DNA from: an uncultured Chlamydiae bacterium
GTDB taxonomy: Bacteria; Chlamydiota; Chlamydiia; Chlamydiales; Parachlamydiaceae
NCBI GenBank assembly: GCA_963754655.1
Contig: CAVWGN010000001.1
Location: 2,432,001-2,496,000, forward strand
Length of the DNA stretch: 64,000 bases
Direction of reading: 5' to 3'
Shown here: piece after piece, positions 36,379-46,314 of the stretch
Position numbering within the stretch: position 1 is the stretch's first letter
Layout of the letters: every line of letters starts with the position of its first letter
Notes under the pieces: model-generated
Databases searched by the model: none
What the model saw: the letters and a program-made list of their open reading frames with translations, nothing else
What the model was told of the DNA's origin: nothing
Translations under genes and position numbers: made by a program

Positions 36379-37343
36379 TGCCTTTTAGGGACTCTATGGA
36401 TAGAGCAGAAAATGCTACCCTATTGACTAACAAGCTATTCATTAAACCTGAGTGCATCGTCGATTTTGCAGATTGGCAAGCTCAACTCAACGCTGCGATT
36501 GCTGCCTCTCCCGGTTTTGTCAGTTTGGAAATCTTGTCTCCTATTTACCCCTTGCAACCAGGATGGTTGCTTATCCAAAGATTTTATACTCATGAAAATA
36601 TGCTTGATTGGCATCATTCTGACACTCGCAAAAAACTTTTGGAAGAGCTCAATCCATATTTAGCAGGCTCTTATCAAGAGAGTGTGCAAGAGGCATTTTC
36701 AAGTAGTGGCGATATGCAAGGCGGAGTGACGGAAGTCTTTGTCACACAAATTACTCCTGAAAAAGAAAAGATTTATCGCGAATGGACAGCCAAAATTCAT
36801 CAAGCTGAAGCTAAATTTCCTGGGTTTAAACGTGTCTACATGCAATCCCCTCAAAAGGGTGGATTAAATTGGATGACTCTCTTGCAATTTGATACGCCTG
36901 AGAACTTGGATCGCTGGTTGCATTCATCAGAAAGACAAAAAGTATTGGATGAAGCAAAACCTTTGATTCTCTCACTTGAAAGCCATCGCATGATTTCGCC
37001 CTATGCTGGATGGTTTGCTCCTCTTGCTCAGCAAGCCGGAGAAGCACCGCCCGTCTGGAAGCAGACGATGATTGTATTGCTAGTCTTGTTTCCAATCGTG
37101 GCGTTGGAACTCAAATACCTTTCGCTATTGACAACAGGGTTGAATGTTTCTTTAGCCACATTTATTGGCAATGCCTTGAGTGTGACACTCATTGCGTGGC
37201 CGATGATGCCGATGACTCTCTTTTTTTTAGGTTGGTGGCTTATGCCTAAATCTGAAAAAAGGCGACAAGCCACGCTTGTCGGTACGCTGCTCATGATGAT
37301 TTTGTATCTGATCGAAATTGCGATCTTTTGGAATTTTCTCTAA
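36378..37343 (+). CDS. Tandem ABM-like (antibiotic biosynthesis monooxygenase fold) domain membrane protein
   Basis: Two repeats of (S/F)PGF...F...E.L..W..S..R, then PPVWKQ and three TM helices. TAATG stop/start overlap with the deaminase. Confidence 0.8.
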   Translation: MPFRDSMDRAENATLLTNKLFIKPECIVDFADWQAQLNAAIAASPGFVSLEILSPIYPLQPGWLLIQRFYTHENMLDWHHSDTRKKLLEELNPYLAGSYQESVQEAFSSSGDMQGGVTEVFVTQITPEKEKIYREWTAKIHQAEAKFPGFKRVYMQSPQKGGLNWMTLLQFDTPENLDRWLHSSERQKVLDEAKPLILSLESHRMISPYAGWFAPLAQQAGEAPPVWKQTMIVLLVLFPIVALELKYLSLLTTGLNVSLATFIGNALSVTLIAWPMMPMTLFFLGWWLMPKSEKRRQATLVGTLLMMILYLIEIAIFWNFL

Positions 37344-37457
37344 AATTTTAGAGAATTAAACTCGCCATTGCTCAAGATTAGGAAAATAGATATATGCAGA
37401 GGTATTATTATTATCACTTCTTTCCCAAGCAAGACAAAGCCATATAAATCATTTAGT

Positions 37458-39299
37458 TTAAGAAGCAACCGGGAGCGTTTTATCTTGCCGAATATCAAAT
37501 TCCAGCTTCCACTTACGTCCATCGGAAGCCACGCACCACAGTTCTAATACTCCCAATTCGGTTACCTTAGACTTCAATTTGACCCGCACGGTTTTGCCAT
37601 CGCCGTCGCCTTTATCTAAAAGCGTCTCGATGGGATGCAGCTCGGTGAGCTCTTGTTTCCAATTGCGGACCATCGCCCCTACACTTGGCTCCTGGCCATT
37701 TGATAATTTTGGCGTGGCATGACTGAAAAATCGGAAAGTGGATTGCTCGCCCAAGACAAGGGCAAACTCTTGATTGTCCAATTCGCGCTCTTCCCCTTCT
37801 TCTAATCCAAAGGGAACAATGCAAACAGCTCGTAAAGGAGGGCTGATTCCAGGCACTGCAGGAGCCGCTTCTTCAACGCCGACAAAATAGCTGCGGCTTG
37901 TTCCGCTGCGAATACGCACAGCATGTCCTTGACGAGCTAAACCATAATAAGCGGCTCCCCGGCTGACCGCATAGTCGTAATCAGCACCCGCTAATTCTTT
38001 CACAACCGGCTTTTTAAGCTTTTTGGCCCAGCCATTGAGAAGCGTCATCAGTTGTTTACGAATGGCGGCAGCTTTGAGGGTGCCTCCATTGAACAACACA
38101 GCGGTAGGCAACACAAATTGATCCATTCGGCCGTCATCTGACTCTCCTGTCATAGACAAGAATTTTGCCAATTGGCAAGAAATGCGCGCATCTTGGACAT
38201 AAGGTAAACCAATTTGTTGAATCCCCACACGCCGCTCTGTTGGTGAGCGCTCGTCAGGAGCCACCAGTGGAATGAAGCCATCGATGACAAAACGTCGTAC
38301 TTCTTCTTGTGTCAACTCTGCCTTAAGAGTATTGCCAATCAGACGACTTCCACGGCCCAATACAGTCACATCGACGCTTTTAGGAGACTCTTCTCCCATC
38401 AATTTCTCCTTCGCTTGCCGACATTGATGCACAAGCACTTGGAGCTGCCAATGATCTAAATTGTGTCCTTGATCTTCAAGCTTTTGTTTAACTAGGTAAG
38501 CAAGCCCTAAATCAATATTATCTCCTCCTAAAAGCAAATGGGCGCCTACTGCTTGACGCTTGAGTTGCAAATTCCCCTCTTCTTCTTCCACAGCAATCAG
38601 ACTAAAGTCGGTTGTTCCTCCCCCAATATCGATGACCAAAATGGAGTCGCCCACTTTCAACTGCTCGCGCCATTCATCGGCATGCGCATGTAACCAAGCA
38701 TAAAAGGCTGCTTGGGGCTCTTCTAAGAGCACGACTTCGGGATAGCCTGCTTGTTCTGCCGCTTCTTGTACGAGCTGCCGAGCGCTGGGATCGAAAGAGG
38801 CTGGCACAGTCACTAGCACCTTTTGACTTCCAAAAGGCGCATCGGGCATGGCGGCATCCCAAGCTTCGCGCAAATGACGCAAAATTTCGGCGCAAGCCTC
38901 CAAAGGACTCATTCGATTACCCCCTTCGTCGGTCTCTAAAGGTAAAAGTTTTTCGCGTCGATTAATTCCTGGATGACAAAGCCAAGACTTCGTAGAAGCG
39001 ATGAGATGAGTGGGAAGCTCAGCGCCACGATCTCTTGCATAGGTTCCAATGGCAAATGGGCGCTCTTGATTCCAGGGAAGCTCCGCAACTTTATTTTTAA
39101 GTTCTTCAGGCAAAGGATAATAGATAAAAGATGGCAATGAAAAAGAAGTCCCTAACATTTGCGCAGCCATAGTTTGAGCAATGGCAACTTGCTCCAAAGA
39201 AGGGCGTTGCTTATCTTCTACTTGCATGGGCGTATAAGCCATCGTGCAATTGGTGGTTCCCAAATCGATGCCTATAATATAAGAAGCGCTACTCATCAT
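37458..39299 (-). CDS. Non-canonical Hsp70 family protein
   Basis: IGIDLGTTN, TVPASF, LEEPQAA and DIGGGTTD. The C-terminus is unlike DnaK. Confidence 0.9.
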   Translation of the reverse strand: MMSSASYIIGIDLGTTNCTMAYTPMQVEDKQRPSLEQVAIAQTMAAQMLGTSFSLPSFIYYPLPEELKNKVAELPWNQERPFAIGTYARDRGAELPTHLIASTKSWLCHPGINRREKLLPLETDEGGNRMSPLEACAEILRHLREAWDAAMPDAPFGSQKVLVTVPASFDPSARQLVQEAAEQAGYPEVVLLEEPQAAFYAWLHAHADEWREQLKVGDSILVIDIGGGTTDFSLIAVEEEEGNLQLKRQAVGAHLLLGGDNIDLGLAYLVKQKLEDQGHNLDHWQLQVLVHQCRQAKEKLMGEESPKSVDVTVLGRGSRLIGNTLKAELTQEEVRRFVIDGFIPLVAPDERSPTERRVGIQQIGLPYVQDARISCQLAKFLSMTGESDDGRMDQFVLPTAVLFNGGTLKAAAIRKQLMTLLNGWAKKLKKPVVKELAGADYDYAVSRGAAYYGLARQGHAVRIRSGTSRSYFVGVEEAAPAVPGISPPLRAVCIVPFGLEEGEERELDNQEFALVLGEQSTFRFFSHATPKLSNGQEPSVGAMVRNWKQELTELHPIETLLDKGDGDGKTVRVKLKSKVTELGVLELWCVASDGRKWKLEFDIRQDKTLPVAS

Positions 39300-39304
39300 A
39301 TCCT

Positions 39305-39796
39305 CTAAGATTTAATTTCTACTTCTGCCGGACAGATGACGTCCGGTGTTTGCTCACCTGTTTTTTTAGGTAGCGAGCGCTTTTGAGCCCTCCATCCGCG
39401 ATGAACTAATGTTCCCGTGAAGGGAGGTTCGCCCTTGATTTTTCCCACCACTTTAATTTCAGCTGGATTATAACCTTTAGGAACTTGAACAGTCGATCCC
39501 TCTTGTTCGTCTCTCAAAGGGCGAATAGTCACAAGCTCTTCAATGGCTTGAGCACAATCTTGATGAATTTTCCGCACAGCAGCGCCCACTTGTGCATCAC
39601 TAAAGGCGCTAATCTCTTCTTTTAAAAAATCAATTAGACGACTTGATTGTTGAAGATAATGTAGCAAACGCAGATGCGATTGATCTACCCCTTCTATCTG
39701 TTTAGATGTGAATGCCTTTTCTTCCACAAATTGCTGCGCTTTTTCAGGCTCTTTAAAAGCCTTGATAAAAGCCTTAAATGCTAATCCTAATCCCAT
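39305..39796 (-). CDS. DUF2760 family protein
   Basis: LQQSSRLIDFL...DAQVGAAVR...GEPPFTGTLVHRGW. Adjacent to the atypical Hsp70. Confidence 0.85.
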   Translation of the reverse strand: MGLGLAFKAFIKAFKEPEKAQQFVEEKAFTSKQIEGVDQSHLRLLHYLQQSSRLIDFLKEEISAFSDAQVGAAVRKIHQDCAQAIEELVTIRPLRDEQEGSTVQVPKGYNPAEIKVVGKIKGEPPFTGTLVHRGWRAQKRSLPKKTGEQTPDVICPAEVEIKS

Positions 39797-39823
39797 GTTG
39801 TCATCCTTTATTCGCTAAAAATT

Positions 39824-41119
39824 TTAGAAGACTCCTTCTCCTCGCTCCTTAATAAACAACTGGCAAGCTTCGAAGATGGAGCACGTGTATCCTGTATGAA
39901 TTAAAGTTTCTAAGATAAGGGCAGAGACAAAAAAAGCAAGTACAACAATGAGTAAAGGTTTGCCTCCAGGAGTGCGATAATCATCGGGAAACTTAAGAAT
40001 ATAACGTCCCACCCATACCATTAATACAGGCATAATTCCATTTAAAATAGAATCTCCAAATCCTCCGGAGGTATCCAAAGCCAAAAGAAAGATACGCTCA
40101 AAATAAGCTGCAAAGATAAAAGTTGGAACAATAATGAGTAAACTGAGAAATATCTTTCCTTTGCCTTTGTTTGGAATTTTCAGTCCATCGGATAGGAAAT
40201 CAAAAAGCCCCAACGCCATTCCCAAAAAGGAGGTGACTAAAGCAAAGAAAGCAAAATATTCTGCAATCACGGAGACCCAGGGACTTTGAACATGTTCGCG
40301 CAAAAATTGAGTAATAGGCTCTCCCACTTCAAGCGCTTTGATTAAGCTATTGGGTCCTGAAACAGGAATAATTCCCAACACCAGCCATTGCCAAATCAAG
40401 TAAACGATAAATGTCAGGGTCGTTCCTCCAATGATTGCCCAACGCAAAGCCCACGCATTGCGTTTCAAATAAGGAGTTAAACTTGGCAGCATGGTTTGAA
40501 AACTGAAAGTTGTCAAAAGCAAAGGAACAGCTAGAAAAGAGGTTGGCCAATGCATATGCTCTAAAAATTCCCTTTTCACTTCGGAAATGCCTGTTGCAAC
40601 AAGAGCAAAATAGGCGACAATCATCGCAACAAAAAGAATGGTATTAACACGCCCTACAATGCGATTTCCGAGGTAAATAATTCCCCCAAAAAAAACAATA
40701 AATAATAAACATCCCCACTCTTTAGAAAGATGCAAATGAAAAAGGTTGTCGGCACCATTGATAACCAAGGACCCACCGGCAGCTGTATAAGCCACAATCG
40801 AGGCATAAGAAATGAAAAGATAGACACACCAACTGACAAATTTTCCTACAGGCCCTAAAATAGTCGAGGCCATGGTAATGACATGTGCTCCTTCTTTCAT
40901 CCAAAGATTCACTTCTAACAATAAAAGAGCTGAGGCTGTCATTGCAAGCCAGCAAAGAGTCATGATAAGAGTAGAAGGAATAAAACCACTAATTCCCGTT
41001 GCCACAGGCAGGGCCAGCATCCCCCCTCCAATACAAGTTCCAGCAATTAAAAAAACGGCAGAAATGAATCTTCCCCGTTGGACAGAATGTGCACTCTCTC
41101 CCACCTTTACTCCTTGCAT
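39824..41119 (-). CDS. Tyrosine/tryptophan aromatic amino acid permease (TyrP/Mtr family)
   Basis: LIAGTCIGGGMLALP, ALVTSFLG and ~11 TM segments. Confidence 0.9.
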   Translation of the reverse strand: MQGVKVGESAHSVQRGRFISAVFLIAGTCIGGGMLALPVATGISGFIPSTLIMTLCWLAMTASALLLLEVNLWMKEGAHVITMASTILGPVGKFVSWCVYLFISYASIVAYTAAGGSLVINGADNLFHLHLSKEWGCLLFIVFFGGIIYLGNRIVGRVNTILFVAMIVAYFALVATGISEVKREFLEHMHWPTSFLAVPLLLTTFSFQTMLPSLTPYLKRNAWALRWAIIGGTTLTFIVYLIWQWLVLGIIPVSGPNSLIKALEVGEPITQFLREHVQSPWVSVIAEYFAFFALVTSFLGMALGLFDFLSDGLKIPNKGKGKIFLSLLIIVPTFIFAAYFERIFLLALDTSGGFGDSILNGIMPVLMVWVGRYILKFPDDYRTPGGKPLLIVVLAFFVSALILETLIHTGYTCSIFEACQLFIKERGEGVF

Positions 41120-41317
41120 TAAGACTTTTACTTTGGTATCACTCTAAAAAACGTATAATTATAAACTTCCAAAGCTTATGAGAAAAGATGAATTTTGATA
41201 AAAAAAATTTTTAATCTAAATTGCACTGAAATAGCTATCTCTCCTATAATCAAGGCAGCATTAAAAAATTCACACTGGATATCAAAGAGATTAATTTTTA
41301 TTTTGATAGAAAGAGCT

Positions 41318-41491
41318 TTAAGGTTTTAAAGGAGTATCGACATAAGGAGTATTTTGATAAGATACTTGCCGCATTTGATTAAAAAGAGAAGGAGCAAAAA
41401 AGTAAATGCCTAGAAAAATGGCGAGAATAACAAGCCAAAAGGTAATGACTGTAGAGCGACGAATTCGAAATTGCAACCAATCATTGGGCAT
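41318..41491 (-). CDS. 57-aa single-pass membrane protein not in the ORF track
   Basis: Translated by hand: MPNDWLQFRIRRSTVITFWLVILAIFLGIYFFAPSLFNQMRQVSYQNTPYVDTPLKP. AAGGAG SD upstream. Confidence 0.65.
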   Translation of the reverse strand: MPNDWLQFRIRRSTVITFWLVILAIFLGIYFFAPSLFNQMRQVSYQNTPYVDTPLKP

Positions 41492-41675
41492 GATCGTCTC
41501 CTTGTTAATGATTCAAAATCTATGATACATAGTTGATTTTTGTTCTCAATAAAAAACCGATCTCTTTGTCAGAGGTGATTTTGCTTTAAACAAGTTTGAT
41601 TTAATCTTTATTTAAGATAGATGATAAAAGAATAAGATAGGAATAATTTTAAAATTTAACCGAAGGTAATAGACG

Positions 41676-42374
41676 ATGTTGACTCAATTAACGTACTTAT
41701 TGTGTTTTTTTCTTTTCATAGTTGGTGATTCTATTCCTTTACAAGCAACTCAAAAAAATCAAATCAAAGTCTTTGTATTTGATTTTGGAAGTGTCATTGC
41801 TAAAACAGATCGTCAAGAAGTCGCCCATTTTATTGCGCAATCGTTGAATATAACAGATAGCAAAGCTTTAGACGCTCTCAAGCAACTTAAAGAGGACATT
41901 CTTCAAGGCAAAAAAGAACAAGATTTTTGGCAAGATTACGCTAAAGCACAAGGAATCCAATTACCTGAGAACTGGATAGAAAAACTGGATGAAGCGCGAT
42001 TACAAGCCTTGCAGGAAATTCCAGGTATGGTTGCGCTTGTCAAGGATTTGCAACGACAAGGCTATCAAACAGCTCTGTTATCAAATGTCAGAAGATCCCA
42101 GGCTGATATCAAGCGCAAGTTAGGATACTATGATTTATTTAGCCCCCTTCTTTTATCATATGAAATTGGAGTGAGAAAACCCGATCCTAAAGCTTATGAA
42201 ATTTTACTAAACAAGTTAAAAGTTCCGGCACAATCCGTTGTATTTATTGATAACCAGCCACAGAATGTTGAAACAGCGAGATCTTTCGGTCTTGATGGCA
42301 TTCTATTTGTGAGCAGGGATCAATTAGTTCAGGAATTAAAGAAAAGGGGCATTGAAATTTCTGAAAGATATTAA
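41676..42374 (+). CDS. HAD family phosphatase with a signal-peptide-like N-terminus
   Basis: VFDFGSV, LLSN, KPDP and FIDN motifs. Confidence 0.9.
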   Translation: MLTQLTYLLCFFLFIVGDSIPLQATQKNQIKVFVFDFGSVIAKTDRQEVAHFIAQSLNITDSKALDALKQLKEDILQGKKEQDFWQDYAKAQGIQLPENWIEKLDEARLQALQEIPGMVALVKDLQRQGYQTALLSNVRRSQADIKRKLGYYDLFSPLLLSYEIGVRKPDPKAYEILLNKLKVPAQSVVFIDNQPQNVETARSFGLDGILFVSRDQLVQELKKRGIEISERY

Positions 42375-42448
42375 TAGTAGGACAAGAAAAGAAGGATTAG
42401 CATTTTCCGATCGAAAATTTGAAAGTTAAATATTTCAATTATATGCTT

Positions 42449-43645
42449 TTAAATCTGTAAACAAACTAACTCTTCTTGGATTCCTCCTGTAATGCGCATA
42501 TGACCTGCTAGATCTAAATAAATATCATATTCCAACCGCACGCCAAATTCATAAGGTAAATAAATGCCAGGCTCAACTGAAAAGCATGTCCCAGGCAAAA
42601 GTTGCCGATAGTCATGAGTTTCCAAATTATCCAAATTGGCTCCTGGACCATGAACTTCTTCGCCAATATTATGCCCTGTACGATGAATAAAGTAGTCTCC
42701 AAAACCTGCCTCTTGGATCACATTCCGGCAAGCTTGGTCAACTTGCCATCCTTCTAAAGGTCGCTGATTTTCATAATGTTCTTTAATCATTAAGGTTGCG
42801 ACATCACGCGCATGCTTCACGATATTGAAAATCTCTTTTTGCTTTTGAGTAGGCCGCTCAGCAGCAACTCCCACGCGCGTAATGTCGGCATAAACAGCCT
42901 GAGGAACTTTTTGTTTACACCACAAATCAAGTAAAATAAAATCCCCGACTAAAATCGGCAAAGCCTGCTCGGGCGCAGGGTGATAATGAGGATCTGCTGA
43001 GTGTGCATTAATTGCACAAGTTGGCCAGTTCGCCGTGTGGCATCCTTCTTCATCCATCGCACGCAGCATAAACTGCTGCACTTTGTATTCATCAAGAGGA
43101 TCACGCAGCTGTAAGGAACGTTCAATAAAAGCCCAAGTCCGGTCTACAATGGTTTCGAGCACTTGGGCAGCGGCTAAATGGCTTTGCAATTGCTTGGGAG
43201 TCCACACACTGGTGTAGCGCTGCAAAATATTGGCTGAGCTGACAACCTGAGACTTTGCCTTTCGAATAAGATCCAGTGTGCCTGCATCAACTTTTGAAAC
43301 ATTGGGCAGTGCATTGTATGGAGAATATTCCATTGCAATTTTACGATTTTCTACTGCAATTGAAAAAAGGAGATGCTCTAAATCTTGCCAACTCCGATAG
43401 GTCCACTTGAGCCCAGGCAAGTGATCTAAGGTGTAAGGCTCAATTAAGGGAACAATTTTGATAGGATCCCCTTTTTGCGGAATCCAATAAAAAAATCGGC
43501 GCGTCACCATAATATCAGGAGGAATTTCTAAAAAAGTATAAGCAAGAGAATTAGAGCAACGATAATCATATAACAGCCAGCCATCTATTTCTTGATCCAT
43601 TAAACTCGCTTTAACTTCTCGAAGCTTGGATTCAAAACTCATCAC
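42449..43645 (-). CDS. M24 family Xaa-Pro peptidase
   Basis: YADITR, HRTGHNIG, FSVEPGIY and GVRLE. Confidence 0.92.
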   Translation of the reverse strand: MMSFESKLREVKASLMDQEIDGWLLYDYRCSNSLAYTFLEIPPDIMVTRRFFYWIPQKGDPIKIVPLIEPYTLDHLPGLKWTYRSWQDLEHLLFSIAVENRKIAMEYSPYNALPNVSKVDAGTLDLIRKAKSQVVSSANILQRYTSVWTPKQLQSHLAAAQVLETIVDRTWAFIERSLQLRDPLDEYKVQQFMLRAMDEEGCHTANWPTCAINAHSADPHYHPAPEQALPILVGDFILLDLWCKQKVPQAVYADITRVGVAAERPTQKQKEIFNIVKHARDVATLMIKEHYENQRPLEGWQVDQACRNVIQEAGFGDYFIHRTGHNIGEEVHGPGANLDNLETHDYRQLLPGTCFSVEPGIYLPYEFGVRLEYDIYLDLAGHMRITGGIQEELVCLQI

Positions 43646-43663
43646 ATCATCCTTTTGATTGCA

Positions 43664-45397
43664 TTAATGGTTCAAACATTGAATAAGCGCCATAGCTGCA
43701 ATAAGGCGCAACGTTTGAGAATGTTCTTTAAATACTTTGAGCAGAAAGGGAATCGAGCGAATAGATCCAATTCTCCCGATTCCCTCTAGAATACGCGCTT
43801 TTTGTTCCCATTCACTATTAGGATATCCCTCTTCCAATGTTTGAATGGCACTTTCTTCCCGACTCCAGAGAGAAAGAATCAACGCCGCTTGCAACCGAAC
43901 ACGCGGTTGAGTATCCTGTAAAAGCTGCTGAACTATTTCAATAGCAGATTCATCCCCTTCCGTCAAAAGCAAAATTGCAGCAGTCGCTGAAATTTCCCAC
44001 GATCGTTCGCTCAAGTATTGACGAATGGCATGCTGAATATCCGGAGCTTTAAGGATAGCCAATAAATTTAACAATTCGAGACGAATGAGTTGATTTTCCA
44101 TTTCAGGTGTTGTCAACAGGTCATCTTCTTTCTTGGGAGATTGACTCATAATCGCACGGAAAAGGCCGACTTCCCATGTACTCCAGTTAGCTTTTTCGGT
44201 CATAAGGATTTGTCTGGTATAAGTGGCCGCTTCTTGGACTGCTTGGCGCTGTCCTAATAATGCAAGAGCCAAGTTCAAACGTACGTAGGGATCAGAATGA
44301 AGGCGAAATTGATCAAGTGTTAAAGTCATGCCATAACGCCCCGTTGCCCCTAGAGCTGCTGCTGCAAGAGCCCGCACCTCACGACGTCTATTATGAAGAA
44401 AACGTTCTAAAACTCGTTGCCCCTCCTCTGGGATGTAAAGAGTCAAGAGCCAAGCAGCGGATAAAGCCACTTTGTAATTGAGATCTTGAGAACTTTGACG
44501 AATAAGGGCTAAAATCTTTTCCAGTTTTCCATTTGGCCGCAACTGACCAATGGCTTGAAAAGCCTCTAGGCGCACATCGGGATGAGGATCTTCTGCCAAG
44601 GACAATAATTGATCCAGGTCTCGCAGTGATTGAAAATAAGCAATTGCCTTGCAAGCAAGCTGACGCAATCCCGCTCGATTGCTAGAAGCTAGCCGCTCGA
44701 TTTCTGTGCGATTAATGGTATCAAGCAACTCTAACAAAGCAGCAATAGCCAAAGCTTTTTCAGCGGCAAGACTTTCATTAGAAGCAATGACAGTCTCTAG
44801 CTCGACTCGCAAGTTGATAATCTCCATCTTACCTATGGCTTTCAACACTTGCTGCCGCACAGCCCAAACTTTTTCTTCCCTAAATAAGCGTTTAACCCCC
44901 TCAACTAATTGGTGATCACGAAAATGGCTAGCGAGCTTGACAGCAACAGTACGGACGGCATAATTAGAATCGCGCATGCCTTGATTTAAAATCGCAACGC
45001 CTTTAGCATCTTGACTGAAAAATGCTGCTAAAAGAGCCATCTCCCGCATAATAATAGAAGAAGAATGAGAAGCCTTCTGAAGAACACCCCAAGCCATCTC
45101 TTCGATTAGCTCACGATTCATTGCTTTATCGGGAAAACGTTGCACATAATTTTCCCAAGCTTGCACAAGCTTTTTCTCATTTCCCCCTTTCGCCAAAGCC
45201 CGAATATAACCCTCATAAAGAGAAACACACTGAGGATAATGAGTAATCGCTTGTTGCGCCTCTTCAATGGCAACTGAATAATCACGTACAGTCAAATGCG
45301 CTTGAATGCGTCTCGCCACACGCTCCTCATCAGAAGCAGCCTGTAACCTTCCTACTCCCAAAACAATAAAAGTTAAAAAAAGAAATCGGACCCTCAT
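43664..45397 (-). CDS. HEAT-repeat protein
   Basis: Repeated D...VR..A motifs. Start is likely MRVRFL at 45397. Confidence 0.85.
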   Translation of the reverse strand: MRVRFLFLTFIVLGVGRLQAASDEERVARRIQAHLTVRDYSVAIEEAQQAITHYPQCVSLYEGYIRALAKGGNEKKLVQAWENYVQRFPDKAMNRELIEEMAWGVLQKASHSSSIIMREMALLAAFFSQDAKGVAILNQGMRDSNYAVRTVAVKLASHFRDHQLVEGVKRLFREEKVWAVRQQVLKAIGKMEIINLRVELETVIASNESLAAEKALAIAALLELLDTINRTEIERLASSNRAGLRQLACKAIAYFQSLRDLDQLLSLAEDPHPDVRLEAFQAIGQLRPNGKLEKILALIRQSSQDLNYKVALSAAWLLTLYIPEEGQRVLERFLHNRRREVRALAAAALGATGRYGMTLTLDQFRLHSDPYVRLNLALALLGQRQAVQEAATYTRQILMTEKANWSTWEVGLFRAIMSQSPKKEDDLLTTPEMENQLIRLELLNLLAILKAPDIQHAIRQYLSERSWEISATAAILLLTEGDESAIEIVQQLLQDTQPRVRLQAALILSLWSREESAIQTLEEGYPNSEWEQKARILEGIGRIGSIRSIPFLLKVFKEHSQTLRLIAAMALIQCLNH

Positions 45398-45401
45398 GGA
45401 T

Positions 45402-45986
45402 TCATATGCCGCAACGTGTTTTAATAAGATCGCTAATAAGTTTAAATTGCGCATGTTTAGAATCTTTGAGTAATTCAAATAAGATTGTTTCAACACAACT
45501 CACCCGTGCTCCAGCATCTCGCATTTCCGCAACAGCTGTTGAGAAATCTTCAACGGAGCGAGAAGTCATTGCATCGTTGAGAACAGCAACTTGTTTGCCT
45601 GCTTTTAACAATCCCTTTACAGTTTGCAGAACACAAATATGTGCTTCAATGCCCACAATGACCCATTGCTGATAGGGAAGAGAAATCGCACAATTAAAAA
45701 AAGCTGGATCATCTAAGCAAGAAAAACTCGATTTAATCCAGGGCTGATAAGCTTGTCCGAGTAAAGCCTGTAAAGGAGCAACTGTTTGTCCTAAACCTTG
45801 TGGATATTGTTCCGATTGAAGGATAGGCAAATTGAGAATTTGAAAACCTTTGATGAGCTTGCACAAGGTATGCAAGACGTCGGGACCTCGATTCATTGAC
45901 GGAAAAAGCTTATCTTGCATATCGACAATGAGTAAAACAGTTTGGAGAGGCTGCAAAGTAAATGAAGGCATGCAAATTTTATCCAA
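45402..45986 (-). CDS. Isochorismatase family hydrolase
   Basis: LLIVDMQ, SEQYPQGLG and GIEAHICVLQT. Confidence 0.9.
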   Translation of the reverse strand: MDKICMPSFTLQPLQTVLLIVDMQDKLFPSMNRGPDVLHTLCKLIKGFQILNLPILQSEQYPQGLGQTVAPLQALLGQAYQPWIKSSFSCLDDPAFFNCAISLPYQQWVIVGIEAHICVLQTVKGLLKAGKQVAVLNDAMTSRSVEDFSTAVAEMRDAGARVSCVETILFELLKDSKHAQFKLISDLIKTRCGI

Positions 45987-46314
45987 TATGGCCTAAACGT
46001 CTTCCACCAATCAAATGAAAATGCAAGTGAAAAATGACCTGCCCGGCATCCGATCCATTATTCGTTAATAAACGATATCCCTTTTCAACGCCCAATTCCT
46101 TAGCCAATTGTTTAGCAACCGCACAGATTTCACTCAATAGAGGAAGATCTTCTGAAGTAACGGACTGAAGATCAGGAATTTCTTTCTTTGGCATAATTAA
46201 GATATGGACTGGAGCAACAGGATAAAGGTCTTTAATGGCAAGGATGCGCTCATTCTCGAAGACTTTTTCTGCTGGCAGCTCTCCTTTGATAATTTTTCCA
46301 AAAACTGTTGTCAT
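45979..46314 (-). CDS. HIT family (HINT) hydrolase
   Basis: AGQVIFHLHFHLIGG. Start is MTTVFGKII at 46314. Confidence 0.93.
   Translation of the reverse strand: MTTVFGKIIKGELPAEKVFENERILAIKDLYPVAPVHILIMPKKEIPDLQSVTSEDLPLLSEICAVAKQLAKELGVEKGYRLLTNNGSDAGQVIFHLHFHLIGGRRLGHIG

Noticed and set aside
37458..39299. Calling this gene dnaK
   Set aside because: It lacks the canonical substrate-binding domain and the grpE/dnaJ context.
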